From positions 1,088,001 to 1,152,000 of the forward strand of contig CAXXLX010000001.1 in NCBI GenBank assembly GCA_963665235.2: a stretch of 64,000 bases of DNA. Direction: 5' to 3'. A model generated the notes under the pieces. That model did not search any database. It was given only the letters and a program-made list of their open reading frames with translations, and was not told the origin of the DNA. Shown piece after piece: positions 58,180-64,000 of this stretch. Position numbers and translations under genes: made by a program. Each line of letters begins with the position of its first letter. The first letter of the stretch is position 1. Source of the DNA: Candidatus Poribacteria bacterium (GTDB taxonomy: Bacteria; Poribacteria; WGA-4E; WGA-3G).

Positions 58180-60322
58180 TCCGGAGGCGGAAATCGATTT
58201 TGACCGCTTCGCGGCATGTTACACATTTGCTGAAGATGCACATAAACATCAACGTCGAAAGTCCGGAGAACCGTATTTCACCCACTGTGTAAAAACTGCG
58301 GAGACACTCGCCCGGCTACGGTTGGATTCAGATACAATCTGTGCTGGCTTGATGCACGATGTGTTAGAAGATACAGGCATTACGCGTTTAGATATGGAAA
58401 AACAGTTCGGAAAAAGCATCGCGAATTTGGTTGAGGGGGTAACAAAAATCGGTAAATATCAGTTCGACAGCGGGCAGCGCAAACGGCAAGCGGAAACCTA
58501 TCGAAAACTTTTGTTAGCCACCGCAGAAGATATGCGTGTTATTTTGATTAAACTCGCCGACCGACTCCACAACATGGAGACACTAGAATATCTATCCCTC
58601 GAAAAACAGCAACGGATTTCCAAAGAGACGTTGGAAATCTATGCACCGATTGCCCATCGCCTCGGAATCTGGTGGCTCATGAGCCGGCTTGAAGATTTAT
58701 CACTTAAATATCTTTACCCAGATGAATACAGAGAAATCGCCAATCTGCTCGACGAAAAATTGGTCGAACGGCAGGCGTACTGTAAGAAAATGGAGGCAAT
58801 AATTCACGCAGAATTGGCGAAATCCAACATCTCCGCGCAGGTCAAGGGACGCACCAAGCATATTTATAGCATCTACCAGAAGATGCATCAGAAAGGCACG
58901 CCGTTTAAAGAAATTTGTGACTTGGTGGGCATCCGCATCGTTGTTAAAGATAATGAAACCGCTGTTAAAGATAAGGAAACCGCCCGCAAGGGAAATGCTT
59001 GTTACGTTGTACTCGGTGTGTTACATCACAAATGGGGTTACCACCCAAACCGCCTCCGAGATTGGATTGGACAACCCAAAAAAAACGGATATCAATCCTT
59101 GCATACCACTATTTTAGACAACGGCAAACCGGTTGAAATCCAGATTCGGAGCCCGGAGATGAACGAGGTCGCTGAAAACGGTATCGCAGCACACTGGGGT
59201 TATAAGGAGGGGGTACCTATAAGCGAAGAGGGACGCTCAATTTACGCCAATTATAAGGAGATGCTTGAAGACCTCCAAGATACACAGGATGGCCCGCACC
59301 GGTTCATTGAATCTATGAAGCTCAACCTCTTCCAAGATGAAGTTTACGTCTTTACACCGAAAGGGGACATTCACGCGCTCCCAGCAGGTTCAACGGCAAT
59401 TGATTTCGCATACAAAATTCACACCGATATCGGGCACACCTGTTGTGGTGCAGAGGTGAATAATGTGCTTACGCCTATCCGTGAACCGCTCCAGAATGGG
59501 GACCGCGTTAATATTCTCACAGACGCAAACTGCACACCGAGTAAAAAATGGTTGCAATTTGTAAAAACAGCTAACGCGCGCAGCAAAATTCGGCACTGGT
59601 TTCGCGACAAAGACCGCGAAGGCTGGCTCAAATTAGGGAAGCAGCTCCTCAAAAACGAACTTCAAGCCTCCTACCTCAATGCTAAAGACTATCTGAAGTC
59701 ACCTAAATTGCTTGATATTGCAAAGGAGCTTGGACTTGACAGTGCTGATGAACTTTACATCCGCATCGGGATGGGGAACGAGTCCGCCACCCAGGTAGTC
59801 AATCGCTTGAAACCTGAAAAGGTAGAACCCGCAGCGGAAGAAGCAATTGCTGCCCAACACCGTTCAGAACCCACTATACAACTTGAAAATGGTATTGACA
59901 TAGGCGGATTAGAACGGCTTATGAAATGCTGTAACCCGATTCCGGGAGACGATATTATCGGTTACGTGACACGGGGACGCGGTGTCTCTGTACATAGAGC
60001 GGGCTGCACTCGGCTGCTTGATGAACCGGAGCGTTTTGTCGCAATCCGAAACTGGGAAGCAGAAGAAAGCATCACCTACCCGGCACAAATTTTTATTGAA
60101 TGTCACGATAAGCCCGGCATGCTACGCGAAATTACAGCCGCAATCGCTAAATTTCAAGTTAACATTCGCGAAGGCAGCTTCAAACCCTCAACCATTACCA
60201 GAATTAACGACACCGCTACAGATTACTTTATACTTGATGTAACCGGTGCCGCACAGTTAGAGGAAGTCATGAACGCAATTAAACAGCTAAAAGGTGTCCA
60301 AAGCGTCATCCGAAAAATTTAG
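58139..60322 (+). CDS. relA: Bifunctional (p)ppGpp synthetase/hydrolase (RelA/SpoT)
   Basis: RKSGEPY, HDVLED, DRLHNM, YQSLHT, TGS and ACT domains. Confidence 0.93.
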   Translation: MSVESLIQKIQKHNPEAEIDFDRFAACYTFAEDAHKHQRRKSGEPYFTHCVKTAETLARLRLDSDTICAGLMHDVLEDTGITRLDMEKQFGKSIANLVEGVTKIGKYQFDSGQRKRQAETYRKLLLATAEDMRVILIKLADRLHNMETLEYLSLEKQQRISKETLEIYAPIAHRLGIWWLMSRLEDLSLKYLYPDEYREIANLLDEKLVERQAYCKKMEAIIHAELAKSNISAQVKGRTKHIYSIYQKMHQKGTPFKEICDLVGIRIVVKDNETAVKDKETARKGNACYVVLGVLHHKWGYHPNRLRDWIGQPKKNGYQSLHTTILDNGKPVEIQIRSPEMNEVAENGIAAHWGYKEGVPISEEGRSIYANYKEMLEDLQDTQDGPHRFIESMKLNLFQDEVYVFTPKGDIHALPAGSTAIDFAYKIHTDIGHTCCGAEVNNVLTPIREPLQNGDRVNILTDANCTPSKKWLQFVKTANARSKIRHWFRDKDREGWLKLGKQLLKNELQASYLNAKDYLKSPKLLDIAKELGLDSADELYIRIGMGNESATQVVNRLKPEKVEPAAEEAIAAQHRSEPTIQLENGIDIGGLERLMKCCNPIPGDDIIGYVTRGRGVSVHRAGCTRLLDEPERFVAIRNWEAEESITYPAQIFIECHDKPGMLREITAAIAKFQVNIREGSFKPSTITRINDTATDYFILDVTGAAQLEEVMNAIKQLKGVQSVIRKI

Positions 60323-60328
60323 CAATGT

Positions 60329-60565
60329 TTATAACTGAGCAGACATTCGAGAAACGATTTTATTTACTTTACCGCTTCGTAAGCATTTTGTACAGATGCG
60401 AATCCGCCTCGGGCCCGACTCAGTTTGAACCCGCACGCGTTGGAGATTCGGCAACCAGCGACGTTTGCTACGACTCACAACATACTTGGGATTTTCACGG
60501 GGCCGCTTCGTAACAGCGTTACCAGATATAGGTTTTTTTCCACACAATTTACATATTCGTGCCAA
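60329..60565 (-). CDS. rpmB: 50S ribosomal protein L28
   Basis: MARICKLCGK..SKRRWLPNLQ..CTKCLRSG. Confidence 0.95.
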   Translation of the reverse strand: MARICKLCGKKPISGNAVTKRPRENPKYVVSRSKRRWLPNLQRVRVQTESGPRRIRICTKCLRSGKVNKIVSRMSAQL

Positions 60566-60634
60566 TTTGAACGCCTCCTTTACTTGAAAACTTAAATCTA
60601 AAATATAATAATCCGGTACTTAAGGGTACCACAA

Positions 60635-61447
60635 TTGGAGCAGCAAATGCAAATTTTTCTTTCAAAAAACAGCTTAATCCTATTTTTACTAGGACTTTCA
60701 ATCCTGTTCGCATGTGGCGCGTCCGAGAAAGATGACGAAGTACCACCTGAACCACCTCCGCCAACCGGAACGCTTGAATACGGCACCGTATCGGGGACCA
60801 TTACCGATGCAGGAACAAAAAATCCGATTCCAGGCGCAACTGTTACACTGCTTGACCAAGAAATCAAAACCGAGGTAGATGGTATGTACGCATTTCAAGA
60901 GGTACCCTACGCGGATACCCACACCTTAATAATAAAGGACCCCGATTACAAAACGCATACAGCAGATTTTTCGATAAACCAAGAACGTTTGGTCATCAAT
61001 GTGGAACTCACCCCCAAACATGACCCAGAGGTGGAATTAACACAATTCCTTGAGAATCTTTCGGACCTGCTGGAAACGTTGGACCCAGAAAACAGAGAAG
61101 CGATTCAGGCTCTTTTCTCAGAGTCTTACGTGGCAGCTGATGACCCGGTCACGGATTTTGCTGTCACCACGGGGGTCGTTCCAGCAAATTATGAAAAAGT
61201 TATACCAACCGTTATAGCCCTCTTCGAAACCTATACCTCACTGAAATTCACTTTCAAAGATATAAAAATGGACATAACCCATGCAAGAAAAGCAGCACTC
61301 AGCGTCCTGCTTGATATAAACGCTACGAACGCAGAAGAAGACAATGCAAGGCACCTTGAGGCGAAGTCTCTTTTCGAATTCCGTCGGGAGGGTGAGGCGT
61401 GGAAAATTATCTATTGGCAGGTCTTACAGATAAACCTATTGCAATAG
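60635..61447 (+). CDS. Lipoprotein with carboxypeptidase-regulatory-like domain
   Basis: LFAC lipobox; GTVSGTITDA..PIPGATV; start may be 60647. Confidence 0.7.
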   Translation: MEQQMQIFLSKNSLILFLLGLSILFACGASEKDDEVPPEPPPPTGTLEYGTVSGTITDAGTKNPIPGATVTLLDQEIKTEVDGMYAFQEVPYADTHTLIIKDPDYKTHTADFSINQERLVINVELTPKHDPEVELTQFLENLSDLLETLDPENREAIQALFSESYVAADDPVTDFAVTTGVVPANYEKVIPTVIALFETYTSLKFTFKDIKMDITHARKAALSVLLDINATNAEEDNARHLEAKSLFEFRREGEAWKIIYWQVLQINLLQ

Positions 61448-62263
61448 ATTAGCTAACGCTGCAAACTCCGTAATATTTAGTGTTTCAGGCCGCCGTTGCG
61501 GCGCAATGTCCAATGCTGCAAGGGCACCTGACAACGTCTCTGCCGATGCAAACCGACGTAACGAATTTTTGAGCATCTTCCGTCTGCCACGAAACGCCTC
61601 ACGAACCAGTTTAAAAAAGAACGTTGCATCATCTACAGAAACCCGCGGTTCATCAAGCATCGTCAGTTTTAGCAGGGCTGAATCCACCTGCGGAGCAGGA
61701 TAAAAATTGTCTGGGGAAAGCACGTTAATTAACTCGGTATCCGCAAAATAGGAAACTCCCACCGTCAATGCTCCGTAAGTCTTCCCCCCAGGCGAGGCAA
61801 CAATCCGTTCAGCGACCTCGCGCTGCATCATTAAGACGCAGCTGTCCAGCTGCTGGGCATACTCCAAAAGTTTCCACAAAATGGGGGTGGTAATCCCATA
61901 CGGGAGATTGGCGATAACTTTCGGCTGAACCCCCGACGGTAATAAGGTTGAAAACTCCAACTTAAGAATATCCCCCTGAACAATCCGGATTGCCGAATCA
62001 GCCGAAAATTGGGCATCCAATGCCGCAGATAACAGCGGGTCCACTTCAACAGCTATCACCTTTGCTGCGCGAGCTGCCAAAACAGCCGTGAGGCAGCCCA
62101 GGCCCGCACCGATTTCTATGACTACATCGGTCTCTGCTACTTCACCGGCTTCAACGATAATTGATAAAACATCAGGATTGATAAGAAAGTGCTGTCCCAA
62201 TCGCTTTTTGGGATGTGTGCCGTGTGTTCTAAGAAACGCGCGGACATGTTGCTCAAGTGTCAT
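61436..62263 (-). CDS. rsmA: 16S rRNA dimethyladenosine transferase
   Basis: LGQHFL, EIGAGLG, ANLPY, QREVAERI. Confidence 0.95.
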   Translation of the reverse strand: MTLEQHVRAFLRTHGTHPKKRLGQHFLINPDVLSIIVEAGEVAETDVVIEIGAGLGCLTAVLAARAAKVIAVEVDPLLSAALDAQFSADSAIRIVQGDILKLEFSTLLPSGVQPKVIANLPYGITTPILWKLLEYAQQLDSCVLMMQREVAERIVASPGGKTYGALTVGVSYFADTELINVLSPDNFYPAPQVDSALLKLTMLDEPRVSVDDATFFFKLVREAFRGRRKMLKNSLRRFASAETLSGALAALDIAPQRRPETLNITEFAALANLLQ

Positions 62264-62267
62264 CGGT

Positions 62268-63479
62268 TCAAGCTCTATATGATTTTGCTAATAACGTTAC
62301 GACCCGGTCAAAGATAGCATCTGCTACATCTCGCTTGGAGAGGCGTGGCAGCTGTTCACAGTTTCCGGTGCTATCCAGCAGGGTTACAACATTTGTATCG
62401 CCTGCAAATCCTGCTCCCTCAGCGAGAATATCATTGGCAACAATTAGCTCACAATTTTTGCGGATTAACTTCTCTCGGGCGTTCTCCAAGACATCGTTTG
62501 TCTCCGCTGCAAAACAGACGATTAGCTGATGCGTTTTGCTTGCACCGAGGGTCTGTGCGGTATCAGGATTTTTTTCTAGGGCGAGCGTTAGTGCGTCTGT
62601 CCGTTTCTTTATTTTATGGGGTGTAAATTCTGCGGGCCGGTAATCGGCAGGTGCCGCTGCCATAACGACAATATCTGTCTCCTCAAACGCTTGTAGGACA
62701 GCCTCGTGCATCTCTAAAGTCGTCCTTACATGACAAATTTCAATGCCGGGGGGTGGGGGTACAGTGGCATGGCCACTAATTAATTGGACAGTGCCGCCTC
62801 GTGCCGCTGCGGCTTGAGCGAGGGCATACCCCATCTTTCCGCTGGACGCATTGGTGATAAATCTAACCGGGTCAAGATATTCTCGCGTCGCGCCTGCTGT
62901 AACAAGGATTCGTTTCCCTTGCAAATCCTGACATTTCCCCAAAATCTCATGCGTCCGTTCGAGAATAATATCTATAGGGCTCAATCGGCCTATGCCTTTA
63001 TACCCACATGCAAGGTCGCCGCTTTCAGGCGCAACGAATTGCATCCCGTGCTCCCTGAGGATGTCTATATTTTTTTGCACGAAGGAATTGTGATACATGT
63101 GCCCGTTCATCGCTGGGGCAACGAGAATCGGACAGTGTACAGCGATAGCGATGGTAGAGAGGGGGTCATCGGCGATGCCGTTAGCCAGTTTTCCGAGAAT
63201 ATTAGCGGTCGCGGGGGCAATCACAAGTAGGTCAGCCCGGTCAGCCAAATCGATGTGCGGTGGTTTCCACTCCTGTCCGACCTGAAATAGGTCTAGCAGC
63301 ACAGGATTCCGTGAGATGACCTGAAATTGTAGCGGATTTACCAGCCGCGTGGCATTTTCTGTCATCACCACATGAACATCAGCACCCGCCTTAAGCAGCT
63401 GGCTGGCAAAATCAAGCGATTTATGGATAGCTATCCCCCCGGTAACACCTAAGAGAATAGTTCTGTTTTTGAGTTCCAT
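62268..63479 (-). CDS. coaBC: Bifunctional phosphopantothenoylcysteine decarboxylase/ligase
   Basis: GVTGGIA, APAMN, LACG, DPVRFITNASSGKMG. Confidence 0.96.
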   Translation of the reverse strand: MELKNRTILLGVTGGIAIHKSLDFASQLLKAGADVHVVMTENATRLVNPLQFQVISRNPVLLDLFQVGQEWKPPHIDLADRADLLVIAPATANILGKLANGIADDPLSTIAIAVHCPILVAPAMNGHMYHNSFVQKNIDILREHGMQFVAPESGDLACGYKGIGRLSPIDIILERTHEILGKCQDLQGKRILVTAGATREYLDPVRFITNASSGKMGYALAQAAAARGGTVQLISGHATVPPPPGIEICHVRTTLEMHEAVLQAFEETDIVVMAAAPADYRPAEFTPHKIKKRTDALTLALEKNPDTAQTLGASKTHQLIVCFAAETNDVLENAREKLIRKNCELIVANDILAEGAGFAGDTNVVTLLDSTGNCEQLPRLSKRDVADAIFDRVVTLLAKSYRA

Positions 63480-63490
63480 GAGGTTAATGA

Positions 63491-64000
63491 TTACAAATCT
63501 ACACTACGCGGGGTGCTAAAAGATTCAACAAACCGTGAAGTCTGTTCAGGGTTGATACGGCAGCGTTCTGCAGTGATAATCGCCTGAATCTGATGAACTG
63601 TATGTTGCATCTTATTTTCAGTATTGATAACACAGTAATCGTAATACTGAATCTGTTGCAACTCCTTTTTGGCTATCTCCAATCTATTGGTAAGTTCTGC
63701 CTCAGATTCAGTTTTTCTACTCCGTAGCCGCTGCTCAAGCACAGCGAAAGATGCTGGCATCATAAAAATTAGAACACTTCTAGCGGGGGCGATGTCCTGT
63801 TTTCGGACTTGGCGTGCGCCTGCCACGTCAATCTCTAAAATAGTGTCTTTCCTAGCTTCGCTCGCGGCTGTAACTTCAGATATAGGGGTCCCGTAAAAGT
63901 TTCCAGCGTATTTTGCCCACTCTAGAAAAACGTTCTGCTCAATCTGTTCCTCAAATTGTGCGGTTGACAAGAAATGATAATTCACCCCATCAACCTCTCG
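63491..64000 (-). CDS. gmk: Guanylate kinase (5' end outside window)
   Basis: NYHF, FLEWA..GNFYGT, LEIDVAGA, LEQRLRSR. Confidence 0.92.
   Translation of the reverse strand, partial: REVDGVNYHFLSTAQFEEQIEQNVFLEWAKYAGNFYGTPISEVTAASEARKDTILEIDVAGARQVRKQDIAPARSVLIFMMPASFAVLEQRLRSRKTESEAELTNRLEIAKKELQQIQYYDYCVINTENKMQHTVHQIQAIITAERCRINPEQTSRFVESFSTPRSVDL

Noticed and set aside
58942-58985. 21-bp tandem duplication in relA (VKDNETA VKDKETA)
   Set aside because: In-frame loop insertion, probably neutral

Overview
Bacterial chromosomal window of roughly 47-50% GC (estimated by eye). The dockerin-like 'DVNxDGVVNILDLV' C-terminus, PhyH and Gfo/Idh/MocA enzymes and many lipoproteins suggest Candidatus Poribacteria; this is an inference. 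Housekeeping content: mutL, fdhD, an 11-subunit nuoABCDHIJKLMN operon without nuoEFG, tRNA-Gln(CTG)/tRNA-Glu(CTC), holB, tmk, recJ, relA/spoT, rpmB, rsmA, coaBC and partial gmk. It also holds sugar-catabolic genes, a Type IIG-like R-M gene and an AAA-ATPase/nuclease-like pair. Intergenic DNA is crowded with REP-like hairpin arrays and nested MITEs. Three IS200/IS605 elements can be delimited to the base: two carry only tnpB, and one is a 430-bp protein-free element with a highly structured RNA-like interior, inserted after codon 4 of holB and supplying a new ATG. Other highlights are a His-rich CxxC/RAPP (DUF2946-like) leader ORF duplicated together with its promoter, and a NuoI with a large extra domain between its two Fe-S motifs.
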